Shown: positions 35,167 to 46,325, counted from the stretch's first letter. The stretch is DNA of 64,000 nt from an uncultured Candidatus Saccharibacteria bacterium (GCA_964636355.1 CAZWRG010000001.1:41687-105686); one strand, 5' to 3'. The notes: generated by a model from the letters alone, not told the origin. Program-made: numbers and translations.

Positions 35167-35730
35167 TTAAAGACGGACGCTACTGGTTTCTTTTCTATAG
35201 TCTGGAATTTGCCGTTCAAATAAAGTTCTAACTAAATTGCTCTCGCCATCAAAAGTCCCCGGGTTGTCTGACCGGCAATTTGTATCCCAGCTACGTAAAA
35301 CATCTTCGCCATTCTCCCGAAGCTGATAAATAAAGCGGCGCCCCAGGGGACAAGCTGCTCGCTCATCGTCTATTAAACTAATGCGCTGATTGGTAAAGCC
35401 GGCTTCTTCGAGCGCGACTAAGAATGTCTCGTATGCCTCTTGGGTGTTAGGAAAAGTCTTGCTGCTTATAACCGACTCGTCATAGCCCGATAGAATATCT
35501 AATCGGCGCTGGGTGGAAGTCACGGTCACGGCGATTGCTCGGCGCTCAGTATCACCAACCAGTCGGCCCTGAGTAGTCAACTTCACAGCCGTGTTGCCAT
35601 CTGTTTGCTCAGACAGTATCACCTTATCAACCGCTGTTTGTTCGGTTGAATTACGGCCACCAAAGAAAATTGCCAAAACGATAATTAACAAAACTATAAT
35701 TACGCCAACAATCCCAAAAACATATTTCAT
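35167..35730 (-). CDS. N-terminally membrane-anchored hypothetical protein
   Basis: 187 aa. Single N-terminal TM segment (IVGVIIVLLIIVLAIFF), then a soluble domain. Confidence 0.45.
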   Translation of the reverse strand: MKYVFGIVGVIIVLLIIVLAIFFGGRNSTEQTAVDKVILSEQTDGNTAVKLTTQGRLVGDTERRAIAVTVTSTQRRLDILSGYDESVISSKTFPNTQEAYETFLVALEEAGFTNQRISLIDDERAACPLGRRFIYQLRENGEDVLRSWDTNCRSDNPGTFDGESNLVRTLFERQIPDYRKETSSVRL

Positions 35731-35875
35731 AATGCTTTATTATAGCACAATAAGCAATATATTTCAATAAAATGACTCTGTTCTACCCTAAAAACTGTCG
35801 TTACTGCACACTTTAACGGACGACCGTCCACTAAACTGTGGAGGATTTGTGATTTTTAAGGTTAAATTAATGGTT

Positions 35876-36154
35876 TTATTGGCGGCGGAATTTATGGTAA
35901 ATATATGGACCGCCAGCCACAAAAAGTACAGCTATCGCTCCCGCCCTCCAGCCTCTGGTCCAAGACTGGCTGGGCGCTTCTGGGTGTGGGTTCAGCTCAC
36001 TTGTGATAGCATTTTCTTGATGGCTTATGGCGTAGGCTGCTTGCTCTGCTAATGACTCTCGCCTTACCGCCTCTTCAATTTCAGCATCATACCTAGCGGC
36101 AATAGCATAAAATTCAGACTCAAAATCAATCTGTGGTGGTGTGCGACCGAGCAT
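35876..36154 (-). CDS. Possible small protein (uncertain)
   Basis: 92-aa ORF co-oriented with its neighbours, with a C-terminal hydrophobic segment. It overlaps an opposite-strand 67-aa ORF. Which of the two, if either, is real cannot be decided from sequence. Confidence 0.25.
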   Translation of the reverse strand: MLGRTPPQIDFESEFYAIAARYDAEIEEAVRRESLAEQAAYAISHQENAITSELNPHPEAPSQSWTRGWRAGAIAVLFVAGGPYIYHKFRRQ

Positions 36155-36265
36155 AATATCTACACTATCTGCCTATGCGCCCTACTTTGCAAGCACAACC
36201 AGTTATAAAGGCCTTAAAGACTGTAATTTTTAATTAGAAGTAGCGCGCCGGTTTTTTATAACTTC

Positions 36266-38929
36266 TTAAAGTTCGCCCCAGTTTTTGCCGATCGACGTAT
36301 CGACTGTTTGCTTAATTGGTAATTTATAAGCATTTTCCATGGTCTGTTTTAGCAGACTAGCTACTTCTTCGGCGTCTTGCTCGCGGCACTCCACAATCAC
36401 GCTGTCATGAATCTGCAGCAGCAGCTTTGGCCTACTTTCCGCTTTCCACTTTCCACTTTCCACTTGGTGGTTAAAATTCTCCTGAATTTTAACCATTGCC
36501 AGCTTCATAATATCGGCGGCACTGCCCTGAAACGGCATATTTACCGCCTGTCGCATAGCTGCTTCTTTAACCATAAAATTTGATGAATGAACATCCGGCG
36601 TTGGCCGCCGGCGGCCCATAATGGTCTCGACGTAACCCTTTTGCTTAGCCTGTTCTTTAACGGTATCAATATAAGCCACTAGTTTTGGCCGGACTTCGAA
36701 GTATTTTTTGATAAAATTCTTGGCCTGTTCATAGGTCATGCCGCTAGCTGCCACCAAGCCATGGGTGCTGAGACCATACATAATTCCAAAGTTTACTACC
36801 TTGGCATCGCGGCGCATGTTTTTAGTAACGTCTTCAATTTCGCGGCCGTAAACCTCCGCGGCGGTTGCCGTGTGAACATCAATATCACGATTAAACATGT
36901 CAATTAGCTTTTCATCGCCTGACAGATAAGCCGCCAGCCGAAGCTCCTGCTGAGAATAGTCGGCACTGATCAGTAAATTTCCCTCGCCGGCAACAAAAGC
37001 GCTTCTGATTTGCCGGCCCAGCTCGGTTCGAACTGGAATATTTTGCAGATTTGGTTCATTGCTGCTCAGCCGTCCAGTAGCCGCGACTGTCAAAGCATAG
37101 GTGGTGTGCAGCCGTGAATTCTCATCAATCATTTTAGGCAAAGTATCGACATAGGTATTTTTAAGCTTTGTAACTTCGCGCCACTGGGTGATCAAATCAA
37201 TGATTGGATGAAGTCCGCGTAGCTTATCAAGCTCTGAGGCAGCTGTTGAAAAACCAGTTTTGCCCTTTTTAATGCCCTCTTTGGGCAGGCCAATCTTTTC
37301 AAACAAAACCGTGGCCAGTTGAGCCGGAGAGCCAATATTAAACTCCATGTCCGCATGTCCGTAAATTTGCTGCTCCAGATCAGAAATCATATCGCTGATC
37401 TGATCGTTCATCTGCTCCAGATACTCAACATCCAGCTGGATCCCTTCACGTTCCATACTGGCCAGAACCGGAATCAGCGGCATTTCAATGTCTGTGAACA
37501 GCTTAAAAAGCTGCTTGTTGTCCGGTTTTTTGAGCTCACGGCTGAACAAACTATGCAGCTTTTGAATTACAGCTACCTCAAGACGCAGCTGATCCGGCTG
37601 GTCAAGTTCTTCCATTTCAATTTCTAGATTTAGCCACTCCCGTGCCAGACCAGCTATCGACTGATCCCTACCTAGAGAATTCAGTAAAAATGCCGCGATG
37701 TGAACATCAAAGATTTTATCCATATCGCCGCCCCACTGCCACAAATGCTTGATCAGCGCCTTGGCGTCATAGGTGATAATCTGACCTTTAAGCTGGGATA
37801 ACTTTTTCTGAACATCAGGATTTGCCAACCTGTCGGCCGATATAATCGAGCCTTTGCCATTTTCATCAGCAATCGCTAGATGTGAAATAGATTTTTTGTG
37901 GGCATCGGAATAGGCTGGAAGCACAAAATAATTATTCAATTTATCAAAAACCGACAGATCATCAGCTCCGCTCAGCTCAGAAAGTTGATGAGATTTCAGC
38001 CCATTTTGTTTAATTTGAGCCTGCTCTTCACTGACCGAGACTTGCATAACTTCCGGCAAACGGCGGACCAAACTGGTAAACTCCAGCTTGGTTAGCACTT
38101 GTTTGACCCGCTCGGGGTCGCAATTGGCCATGTCCAGCTTACCAAGATCCAACTTCACCGGCGCATCAGTCCAAATGGCCGCTATTTTTTTACTTAAGTA
38201 GGCCGACTCTTTGCCAGCCAGCAGTTTTTTCTTGAGGCTGTCTTTGATAAGTTCGATATTTTCGTAAATTCCATCGAGCGAATCAAACTGTTTAAGCAGC
38301 TCAACAGCGCCCTTTTCGCCAATACCGGGAACACCGGGAATATTGTCCGATGAGTCACCTTTTATAGATTTTAAATCCAAAAACTGATCAACCCGAATGC
38401 CATATTTTTGTTCAAAAGACTCAGGATTATAAAGCTCAATGTTGCTCAGCCCGGTTTTTAGGGCATACATATGGGTATGATCGCTTATAACCTGCAACAT
38501 ATCCAGATCAGACGAAATCAGCATAGTCTCAATATCTTTGGCTTTTGCCTGCTCCGCTAAAGTACCCATGATGTCATCGGCTTCATAATCGTCAAACTCA
38601 TAAAGCGGCCAGCCAAAAGCCTCCAGCAGCTCATGCAGCAGCGGAATCTGATCATAAAAATCAGGCGGCGCTGGCTTGCGACCGGCCTTGTAGGCGGGAT
38701 AAATTTCTAATCGGCGCCGAATGTTGGTTTTGGGCTTATCCCAGGCCACGCAGACATAATCAGGCTTGAGGCGCTTAATAACTTCCAGCGCCATCGAAGC
38801 AAAACCAAACACCCCGCCGGTTGGGGTGCCGTCCTTGGTCGCCAGGTTTGGCATCGCGTAATAACCTCGATAAAAAACTGACTTTCCATCAATAATTGCC
38901 AAAACTTTTCGCCCGTTTGATTCACTCAT
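36266..38929 (-). CDS. polA: DNA polymerase I
   Basis: 887 aa. 5'-3' exonuclease N-terminus (GYYAM..). Polymerase motifs A (DYSQQELR), B (RRxAKxxNFG) and C (HDS). Confidence 0.95.
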   Translation of the reverse strand: MSESNGRKVLAIIDGKSVFYRGYYAMPNLATKDGTPTGGVFGFASMALEVIKRLKPDYVCVAWDKPKTNIRRRLEIYPAYKAGRKPAPPDFYDQIPLLHELLEAFGWPLYEFDDYEADDIMGTLAEQAKAKDIETMLISSDLDMLQVISDHTHMYALKTGLSNIELYNPESFEQKYGIRVDQFLDLKSIKGDSSDNIPGVPGIGEKGAVELLKQFDSLDGIYENIELIKDSLKKKLLAGKESAYLSKKIAAIWTDAPVKLDLGKLDMANCDPERVKQVLTKLEFTSLVRRLPEVMQVSVSEEQAQIKQNGLKSHQLSELSGADDLSVFDKLNNYFVLPAYSDAHKKSISHLAIADENGKGSIISADRLANPDVQKKLSQLKGQIITYDAKALIKHLWQWGGDMDKIFDVHIAAFLLNSLGRDQSIAGLAREWLNLEIEMEELDQPDQLRLEVAVIQKLHSLFSRELKKPDNKQLFKLFTDIEMPLIPVLASMEREGIQLDVEYLEQMNDQISDMISDLEQQIYGHADMEFNIGSPAQLATVLFEKIGLPKEGIKKGKTGFSTAASELDKLRGLHPIIDLITQWREVTKLKNTYVDTLPKMIDENSRLHTTYALTVAATGRLSSNEPNLQNIPVRTELGRQIRSAFVAGEGNLLISADYSQQELRLAAYLSGDEKLIDMFNRDIDVHTATAAEVYGREIEDVTKNMRRDAKVVNFGIMYGLSTHGLVAASGMTYEQAKNFIKKYFEVRPKLVAYIDTVKEQAKQKGYVETIMGRRRPTPDVHSSNFMVKEAAMRQAVNMPFQGSAADIMKLAMVKIQENFNHQVESGKWKAESRPKLLLQIHDSVIVECREQDAEEVASLLKQTMENAYKLPIKQTVDTSIGKNWGEL
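36434..36461. repeat. Heptanucleotide repeat (ACTTTCC-like x4) inside the polA coding sequence
   Basis: ACTTTCC GCTTTCC ACTTTCC ACTTTCC. It encodes the ...VESGKWKAESRPK... loop just before polymerase motif C. Confidence 0.7.
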
Positions 38930-39013
38930 ATAACTTATTATACGGGTTTTTTGATTTTAAGAGGATTTTAGCGCTGCCACACACCGGATAAAAAGCGTAT
39001 ACTTATAAATAAT

Positions 39014-41830
39014 ATGGGGGGAGATAACAAAAAAACTAACCGCGATGTCTATCGTCTTAGCGTGGCCGAAGCTCTTGAGCGGCTGGGTTCCAGCGCTGAT
39101 GGATTAAGCGCCGCCCGGGCCGATAAGCTGCTTGAAGATGTGGGCCCCAACCGTTTAACGCGCATAAAAAAAGATTCTTTTATCCGCAAATATTTTCGGC
39201 AATACAAAGATTTAATGATTATTCTGCTGCTGGCTAGCAGCTTTTTAGCCTTTACTTTCCTGGACGACCAAAGAGCCGCAGTAGTTCTGCTGGCAATTGT
39301 GCTATTTAATACAATTATTGGTTTTTCTCAGGAGTTCAAAGCCGAAAAACTAATGGACAGCCTCAGCAAGCTAGTGGTCAGCAATGCAAACGTCAAGCGG
39401 GCTAAAAAGCTAGTTGAAATTGACGCTACTAAACTCGTGCCCGGTGATGTTGTCTACATTGAGGAGGGCGACAGAATTCCGGCCGATCTGCGTCTGATCG
39501 ATGAAAACGAGCTGGCCACAAATGATTTTGCGCTAACCGGCGAAAGTGAACCATCACGTAAATTTACTCATGCCATATCGAAGTCAGTTCCGCTGGCTAA
39601 TCGGCATAATTTGGTCTTCATGGGCACAACTGTTGCCACGGGCAATGGCTACGGAGTGGTTTTTGCGACGGGTATGAATACCGAACTCGGCCGAATTGCC
39701 GAGCTTGGTCAGGATATCCAGGAAGACATGAGCCCTTTGCAGTACGAGCTAAACCACGTGGCTAAACGAGTTACTCAGGGCACAATTTTGTTGTGTCTGA
39801 TTTTGCTGCCAATCGCCATATATTCCGGCCTTGGCGTCACGGGGGCGCTGCTGTTTGCAATTGGTGTGGCTAGCTCATTAATCCCTCAGGGGCTGCCAGC
39901 CGAAATTAATACTTCCCTGGCCCAGGCCGCCAACAAACTAGCCAAAGCCAAGGCTTTAGTTAAAAAACTGTCTTCAGTTGAATCGCTCGGCGCCACCAGC
40001 ATAATTTGCACTGACAAAACCGGAACTTTAACTAAAAATGAGATGACAGTTGAACAGTTCTTTATAGGCAGTCAGCGTTATGAGGTTTCCGGCAGCGGCT
40101 ACATCGCTAATGGCAAAATCAAAAACTCATCAGGCCGCGAGCTATCACCGGCTGAAATTGATGAGTTAAAACTATTTTTTATATCTGGTGTTTTTGCCAG
40201 CAATGCTCGCGTCTGCCCGCCAGATGAGCAGCACAACAGCTGGTATGTACTGGGCGATCCAACCGAAGGCTCAATCATAACCCTGGCCAGTAAGGCCGGG
40301 TTTAATTCAATTGATTTGGACCAAAAGTATCCAGAAGAAAAAGAATTTGCTTTTGACTCGGCTAGAAAACTGATGAGTTCCGTCCGACAATACGGCACGG
40401 ATGGTCTGCACTACGTCTTCGCTAAGGGAGCGCCGGAAAGCATTCTGGACCGCTGCGAAGACATTTGGGACCACGGACATGTTCGTAAAATGACTGATTC
40501 AGATCGTCAAAAAATATTAAAACTTCATCAGTCACAAGCTGAAAATGCCATGCGAAACCTAGCGGTAGCTTATAAAGTCCTGCCCAAAAATACTAAGCCC
40601 ACTAAATTAACCATGAAACAAACTGAATCAGGTCTGACCTACCTTGGTATGGTTTCAATTGTTGATCCAATTCGGGAGGAAGTTGCAAACGCCATGTCAG
40701 CTGCCCGGCGGGCCCATATAAAAATCGCTATTATTACCGGTGATTCTTCGGTAACCGCCCGAGCTATCGCTGTTAAAGCAAAGCTGGCAACTAATCCTAA
40801 CGACATCTCTGTTATTGAGGGCGATCAGTTAAGTGCAATGACCGATCAAGAAGTATTGGAGGCAGCCGCTCATGGCAATGTGGTTTTCAGCCGAGTTAGC
40901 CCCGAGGACAAGCTTAGAATCGTCAGTTTGGTTAAATATAGCGGCCGAGTCGTAGCGGTTACCGGAGATGGAATTAATGACGCACCGGCTTTAAAACGGG
41001 CAGACATTGGCGTGGCGATGGGAATTTCTGGCACTGACGTCGCTAAACAGTCGGCTGATATAGTGCTGCTCGATGACAGTTTTAGCAGCTTAATTAGCGC
41101 TGTTCAGCATGGCCGAACCATCTTTCAAAACATTAAAAAGAGTACTTTGAGCGTCTTTACCAGTAACGGCGCCGAACTGGTGGTTAATCTGCTGAGTCTT
41201 AGCGTGGCAGCTCTTCTAGGCATCCCATTGGCTCTTTCGGTAATGCAAATTTTAGCGATTGATTTAATTGCCGAGTTATTCCCAATCGCAGCCCTTGGCT
41301 GGGATAAGCCAGACCGCGAACTAATGAAAGAAAAGCCGCGCGATCCTAAAAACCACATTTTAAACAAAGCAGCTGTTTATGACCTAATCTTTTGCGGCTT
41401 GATTATTGGCAGTTTGGCGTTTGCTAATTATATTTTATATATTTTTAGGCACGGCGTAGACCCTAGAGCTCTGGACGCTAATTCCCTGTTTCATATGCAA
41501 GCAACTAGCCTAACTTATCTGACCATCGTGCTGTGTCAATTTACAAATATTCTGCAGCGCCGCAGCGTTAAAGGTTTTTTCACCCGCTATCAATTTCACA
41601 ATAAGCAGCTCTGGATTGCCTTTGGGGCGTCGATGATGTGCGTTATCAATATCATCTATAATCCGATGATTGCCCCGTATTTTAGATCTGGGCCGCTTTC
41701 GGCTGTCGATTGGCTGTTTGCTCTAGCCGCTGCCGGAATCTTCTTAACCATTCGCGAAGTCCAGCGGCATACTAAAAAACACGGCTACACCCGAAAAGAT
41801 CTCCTAAGCCTCATCCAAGAAGCAATTTAG
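39014..41830 (+). CDS. Cation-transporting P-type ATPase (type II; Ca2+/Mg2+-like)
   Basis: 938 aa. Phosphorylation motif CTDKTGTLT. Hinge motif TGDGINDAPAL. Ten predicted TM segments. Confidence 0.9.
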   Translation: MGGDNKKTNRDVYRLSVAEALERLGSSADGLSAARADKLLEDVGPNRLTRIKKDSFIRKYFRQYKDLMIILLLASSFLAFTFLDDQRAAVVLLAIVLFNTIIGFSQEFKAEKLMDSLSKLVVSNANVKRAKKLVEIDATKLVPGDVVYIEEGDRIPADLRLIDENELATNDFALTGESEPSRKFTHAISKSVPLANRHNLVFMGTTVATGNGYGVVFATGMNTELGRIAELGQDIQEDMSPLQYELNHVAKRVTQGTILLCLILLPIAIYSGLGVTGALLFAIGVASSLIPQGLPAEINTSLAQAANKLAKAKALVKKLSSVESLGATSIICTDKTGTLTKNEMTVEQFFIGSQRYEVSGSGYIANGKIKNSSGRELSPAEIDELKLFFISGVFASNARVCPPDEQHNSWYVLGDPTEGSIITLASKAGFNSIDLDQKYPEEKEFAFDSARKLMSSVRQYGTDGLHYVFAKGAPESILDRCEDIWDHGHVRKMTDSDRQKILKLHQSQAENAMRNLAVAYKVLPKNTKPTKLTMKQTESGLTYLGMVSIVDPIREEVANAMSAARRAHIKIAIITGDSSVTARAIAVKAKLATNPNDISVIEGDQLSAMTDQEVLEAAAHGNVVFSRVSPEDKLRIVSLVKYSGRVVAVTGDGINDAPALKRADIGVAMGISGTDVAKQSADIVLLDDSFSSLISAVQHGRTIFQNIKKSTLSVFTSNGAELVVNLLSLSVAALLGIPLALSVMQILAIDLIAELFPIAALGWDKPDRELMKEKPRDPKNHILNKAAVYDLIFCGLIIGSLAFANYILYIFRHGVDPRALDANSLFHMQATSLTYLTIVLCQFTNILQRRSVKGFFTRYQFHNKQLWIAFGASMMCVINIIYNPMIAPYFRSGPLSAVDWLFALAAAGIFLTIREVQRHTKKHGYTRKDLLSLIQEAI

Positions 41831-41855
41831 GTAATCTAAATAATCTTGTACAATA

Positions 41856-42425
41856 GTGATAATGTCTAAAAAAATTATTGCTTTTGTTGGCATGCCTGGC
41901 TCTGGTAAGGGCACTTGTACCAATTATTTGAGCGAAAAGTATGATTTTCCAGTGGTCCATTTTGGCCAGATGGTTTATGAGGAAGTCCAGCGGCGCGGAC
42001 TTGATAATGTCAAAGATGAAAAGTTTGTGCGTGAGGATATGAGGGCTCAAGAAGGCCCAGCCGTGCTCGCTAACCATGCTGCAAAACAGGCCCAGGAATA
42101 CTTTGGCAGCGGGCAGGAAACAGTGGTATTTGACGGACTTTACAGCTGGAGTGAACTTAAGTATTTATCATCAGAATTTGGCGATTCGCTGGTGGTTATC
42201 GCTATTGCTGCCCCGCGACAAGAAAGATACAAGCGAATCTTGGCCCGCAACGATTCTCATCGGAAATATACCTCTGCTGATCAAATAATTGAGCGTGATA
42301 AAGCCGAGATAGAAAACCTGGAAAAGGGCGGCCCCATCGCTTTCGCCGACTATACGCTAGTAAATAACAGTACAACTGAGACACTTATCAATAATTTGGA
42401 AAACATTATAAAAGATATACTTTAG
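41856..42425 (+). CDS. P-loop nucleotide/nucleoside kinase (adenylate-kinase or dephospho-CoA-kinase-like)
   Basis: 189 aa. Walker A motif GMPGSGKGT at the N-terminus. Confidence 0.55.
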   Translation: MIMSKKIIAFVGMPGSGKGTCTNYLSEKYDFPVVHFGQMVYEEVQRRGLDNVKDEKFVREDMRAQEGPAVLANHAAKQAQEYFGSGQETVVFDGLYSWSELKYLSSEFGDSLVVIAIAAPRQERYKRILARNDSHRKYTSADQIIERDKAEIENLEKGGPIAFADYTLVNNSTTETLINNLENIIKDIL

Positions 42426-42510
42426 CAAAGAAGCTGCTGACAGCGAGACTCGCGGTCTCGTTATTCAGTGTAATTCGTTTCATTTCAACAAAAATAGATA
42501 TAATAAAGTT

Positions 42511-43170
42511 ATGCTTAGAATTGAAAGTAATGGGCTTATAAACTCTAGCTTCACAGTAATTTTTCATGCAACGGCAATAGTGGTTGGAAGTTATTTTAGT
42601 GATCTATTTCCTGATTACCTTGGCGCTATACCTATCATTGTATGCATTGGACTGCCTGTTTTACTGTTCTGGTTCTTTTATTTTCTTCATCATCACACCG
42701 ATATAACTACTGCCGCAAGTCTATTTCTGGCCTTTGCCATGATTTGCGGAATATTTGCATTACTCAGTGCAGCGATAGGCTCAAGCAGCAACCAGACGTT
42801 GCATATAATTACTCCCGCCCCCACCATACCTCAAATTACCATACCTCTACTAAACCTGTTTTTTGTATCCTATACAGGAAGCGCCCCTATTCTCGCCAGC
42901 GTAGTTATGTATTACGGCGCATTAAGCTACTTAATAATTAGTTTGTTAGCACTTTTACTGGAGTGGTTTTATGGCTGGATGTCTGGACGGATTTTACCAA
43001 ACGCTGTCACCAGAAAACTTACAGATATAGATAAAAAAGCCGATCGATTTATGTTTAACACCTTTAGCAATCGTAGATTTATGGGACAGTACCTTGGGGT
43101 CTACGCTAGTACTGCAGCCATTATTTCATTTGCAGTTCTATATGCTGTTTTACTTTATCGGATCCGGTAA
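42511..43170 (+). CDS. Polytopic membrane protein (hypothetical)
   Basis: 219 aa with about 6 TM segments. GC content is locally lower. Confidence 0.45.
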   Translation: MLRIESNGLINSSFTVIFHATAIVVGSYFSDLFPDYLGAIPIIVCIGLPVLLFWFFYFLHHHTDITTAASLFLAFAMICGIFALLSAAIGSSSNQTLHIITPAPTIPQITIPLLNLFFVSYTGSAPILASVVMYYGALSYLIISLLALLLEWFYGWMSGRILPNAVTRKLTDIDKKADRFMFNTFSNRRFMGQYLGVYASTAAIISFAVLYAVLLYRIR

Positions 43171-43178
43171 ACCGCGAA

Positions 43179-44294
43179 TTACTTGATGTAGTCGTGGAGT
43201 TTTTTGGAGTCTTTGTGTTTTCTAAGCTTAGCTAGTGCCTTGGCTTCGATTTGACGGATTCGCTCACGAGTAACACTAAACTCCTGACCAACTTCTTCTA
43301 GGGTATGACTTTTGCCATCCTCCAGGCCAAAACGCAGTTTTAAAATCTTCTGCTCTCGCTCGGTTAAACTGCCCAACATACCCTTGACGTGCTCTTTGAG
43401 TAGCTGGTTGGTGGCCGACTCTTCAGGGCTGACTGTATCTTCATCTTCGATAAAATCAGCCAACACTGAATCTTCCTCGTCATCGCGCACACTGGCATCA
43501 AGCGAGGAAATATCCTGCTTAATCTTCATAATGTGCTCGACTTTTTCAACCTCGATTTCCATTTCTTTGGCGATTTCTTCGTTGGTTGGCTCGCGGTTGA
43601 GCTCTTGGGTCAGCCGGCGCTGAGTCCTGAGCAGTTTATTAATTGTCTCTACCATGTGAACCGGAATTCGGATTGTTCGCGCCTGGTCGGCGATCGCTCG
43701 GGTAATCGCCTGGCGGATCCACCAGGTTGCATAAGTGGAAAACTTAAACCCTTTGTCTGGATCAAACTTCTCAACGGCTCTTAAAAGTCCAGTGTTTCCC
43801 TCTTGAATTAGGTCGAGAAGATCCAAGCCGCGGCCAACATAGCGCTTGGCAATCGAAACCACCAAGCGCATATTAGCCTCAGCCATTTGAGCCTTGGCTC
43901 GCTCATCACCAGCCACAACTTTTTGAGCTAAGGCTAGCTCTTCTTCGGCATTGAGCAGCGGAATTTTTCCAATTTCTCTCAGATAAAGTCGGACTGAGTC
44001 ATCTGAAACATCATCAACCAAAATCTTGGCCGCAGCGTCAACTTCTTCTTCGTTGTCTTCTTCGACCCAATCATCAGTCAGCGAAGCCGCTGGCGCGTTG
44101 GGCTCGACAACCGCTAGGTTGCTATCGGCTAGCTCGGTGTATAGTTCGTCCAAGATATCGACATTGTCCGGTGTATCTGGAATAGCCGCAAAAATATCGC
44201 GTTGATCAATTTTGCCGTCCTTTTTGGCTTTGGCCAGCAAAGTTTTTTTAGCCTCTTTTAGTGCTGGGTCAATTGTTTGTTCGTCATCTGCCAT
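43179..44294 (-). CDS. rpoD: RNA polymerase primary sigma factor (sigma-70)
   Basis: Regions 2.x to 4.2 are present: [33 protein letters not shown], and the C-terminal helix-turn-helix. Confidence 0.95.
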   Translation of the reverse strand: MADDEQTIDPALKEAKKTLLAKAKKDGKIDQRDIFAAIPDTPDNVDILDELYTELADSNLAVVEPNAPAASLTDDWVEEDNEEEVDAAAKILVDDVSDDSVRLYLREIGKIPLLNAEEELALAQKVVAGDERAKAQMAEANMRLVVSIAKRYVGRGLDLLDLIQEGNTGLLRAVEKFDPDKGFKFSTYATWWIRQAITRAIADQARTIRIPVHMVETINKLLRTQRRLTQELNREPTNEEIAKEMEIEVEKVEHIMKIKQDISSLDASVRDDEEDSVLADFIEDEDTVSPEESATNQLLKEHVKGMLGSLTEREQKILKLRFGLEDGKSHTLEEVGQEFSVTRERIRQIEAKALAKLRKHKDSKKLHDYIK

Positions 44295-44339
44295 AAATAA
44301 CCTCTCCTTCGCTAAGATTAATGCTAGGTTTTAGGTGAA

Positions 44340-46091
44340 CTAGAGTTTTTTAAGTAGTTCATCCAGTGCTTTTGCTTTTTCGAGCAGCCTTATGGCCTCT
44401 TCCTCATTGGCGGCGTTACGCATGGCTTCAATCAGCGGCTGCTTTTTGCTTTTTACATATTGTTCTATCAGACGGACCTGCATTCGAGCGGCTTCGTTAC
44501 GAAGTTCCAGTAACTCGAGGCCCTGATAAAGTTCTTCAAACTGTAGACTTAGGATTTTAACATAATCAGCAATATCTCTCAAGGCCTCGGCCTCTTTAGG
44601 GTCGCCCGCAAACTGCGGATTATCCTGTAAAAACCTGAGTAATTGATGAGCCGATTCGTCAATAAACATGTCATAAGTTATAGGTTTCAGGTAATAACGC
44701 AGAGCCGGCTGCATTAAGGTCAGGCTAAGTAACTGATTTTGATAGCGCCGGCGCTCAACCACTTGCTTGCTGATGTCATGATCAACCTTCGATTTTTTCA
44801 AAACCGGCCGCGTGTTAATCTGTTCACCGCGGAATTTTTTATCCAAAGCCTCCCGACTAATTCCGCTCCGTTCGGCAATTTTATCCAGATAATGGTCCTG
44901 TTCAACCTGATCTTTTAGCTGTCGAACAACTTTTAGCACAATGTCACTAAACTCTTTTTTGCCAACCGCCGTATTAAGATCAAGTTCCGCAGCGTGTCTT
45001 TCAATAAGCCAATCCAGAGCATACTGCGGTGATTCAATCACCTTTCGCCAGATCGTCGGGTCTTTCTTCACCAGCTCATCCGGATCTTTGCCCTCCGGAA
45101 TTGTAATCACACTCAGCGCTACTCCGGCTTTATTAGCCACCGGAATCGCTCGCTCAGCGGCCGCAAGACCAGCTTTATCCTGATCAAACGCTAATCTTAT
45201 ATCACCGGTAAACCGATTAATTGCTTTTAGGTGCATCTCTGTAAGCGCTGTGCCAGCCGTAGCCACAACTTGCTTGATACCAGCCTGATGACTAGCAATG
45301 ACGTCCAGATTCCCCTCGACCAACACCGCGTATTTTGCCTTCCTGAGAGCCTCTTTGGCTAAATGAAGCCCATAAACATGGCGGCTTTTATCATAAAGCA
45401 GAGTTTGCGGCGTGTTCAGATACTTGGGCGCATTTGGAACATCCTCTACCAAACGAGCCGTAAATCCAATCACCCTCCCCTGCGGATCAGCTAATGGAAT
45501 CTGAATCCGACCGCGGAACATATCACTCAAACCTTTGTATCTGCTGGCAACCAGACCGGCCTTTTGCAACTCTTCAGCCGAAAAGCCTTTTTTGATTAAA
45601 AAATCTTTAAGTGCCGTGCCGGTGTTCGGTGAATAGCCGAGGCGAAAATCCATCGCTACCTCTTTAGTAAACCCACGTTTTTTGAAAACATAATTCAGAG
45701 CTGGTTGGTTTTGCCTAAACTGCGCTTGATAAAATTTAGCTGCTAATTCATTGGCTTCATAAAGCCGCTCTTTTAATTTTGAAAAGTCAGCACTCCGGGT
45801 AGATGACTGATATTGACTAAGATCAACTCCGGCCTTGCGCGCTAAATGCTCCAATGCACCCTTAAAGTCCAACCCCTCCATTTCCATAACAAAGCTAAAC
45901 ATATTGCCGCCCTTGCCAGAGCTAAAGTCATGCCAAATTTGCTTCTCGGGGCTAACCATAAAACTCGGAGTTTTTTCAGATGTAAAAGGACTCAAACCCT
46001 TGAAATTTCGGCCGGCTCTCTTAAGCTGAACGTACTCACCAATCACGTCCTCGATAGCTAGCCTCTGCTTGATATCTTCTACAGCATCCAT
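44340..46091 (-). CDS. dnaG: DNA primase
   Basis: 583 aa. N-terminal CHC2 zinc finger. TOPRIM domain (EGNLDVIASHQAG). Canonical pairing with rpoD. Confidence 0.9.
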   Translation of the reverse strand: MDAVEDIKQRLAIEDVIGEYVQLKRAGRNFKGLSPFTSEKTPSFMVSPEKQIWHDFSSGKGGNMFSFVMEMEGLDFKGALEHLARKAGVDLSQYQSSTRSADFSKLKERLYEANELAAKFYQAQFRQNQPALNYVFKKRGFTKEVAMDFRLGYSPNTGTALKDFLIKKGFSAEELQKAGLVASRYKGLSDMFRGRIQIPLADPQGRVIGFTARLVEDVPNAPKYLNTPQTLLYDKSRHVYGLHLAKEALRKAKYAVLVEGNLDVIASHQAGIKQVVATAGTALTEMHLKAINRFTGDIRLAFDQDKAGLAAAERAIPVANKAGVALSVITIPEGKDPDELVKKDPTIWRKVIESPQYALDWLIERHAAELDLNTAVGKKEFSDIVLKVVRQLKDQVEQDHYLDKIAERSGISREALDKKFRGEQINTRPVLKKSKVDHDISKQVVERRRYQNQLLSLTLMQPALRYYLKPITYDMFIDESAHQLLRFLQDNPQFAGDPKEAEALRDIADYVKILSLQFEELYQGLELLELRNEAARMQVRLIEQYVKSKKQPLIEAMRNAANEEEAIRLLEKAKALDELLKKL

Positions 46092-46290
46092 GTTATTTAG
46101 AATATAGAAGTTAGAAGATGGAAGCTAGCATAAGCATCTAACTGGCGCCATTTTTAATCTGCTGTTTTGCCAATGTACAACTTATATCTTGCTGTGGACT
46201 TCAATATAAATACATGGAAGATAATACAATCAAGGGCTCACTATATGATCCATAAGAGATAGTATCAAGTAGAAAGTCGCAAGTATTAGC

Positions 46291-46325
46291 GGAAAGCAAA
46301 AGAGCCGGATCACTCCGACTCTTTT
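46291..46325 (-). terminator. Rho-independent terminator of the orphan 168-aa gene
   Basis: Minus strand reads AAAGAGTCGG AGTGAT CCGGCTCTTT followed by UGCUUUCC. It lies 36 nt after the stop codon. Confidence 0.5.

Noticed and set aside
35849-36052. Plus-strand 67-aa ORF overlapping the minus-strand 92-aa ORF
   Set aside because: All neighbours are on the minus strand and the plus ORF lacks a ribosome-binding site. The minus ORF was kept only at low confidence. Possibly neither is real and the region is the polA terminator or the promoter of the upstream gene.
36155-36265. GCGCGCCGG palindrome plus T-run downstream of polA as a terminator
   Set aside because: The T-tract is on the wrong side for the minus-strand polA transcript and the stem is weak and self-overlapping. 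It is not convincing as an intrinsic terminator.
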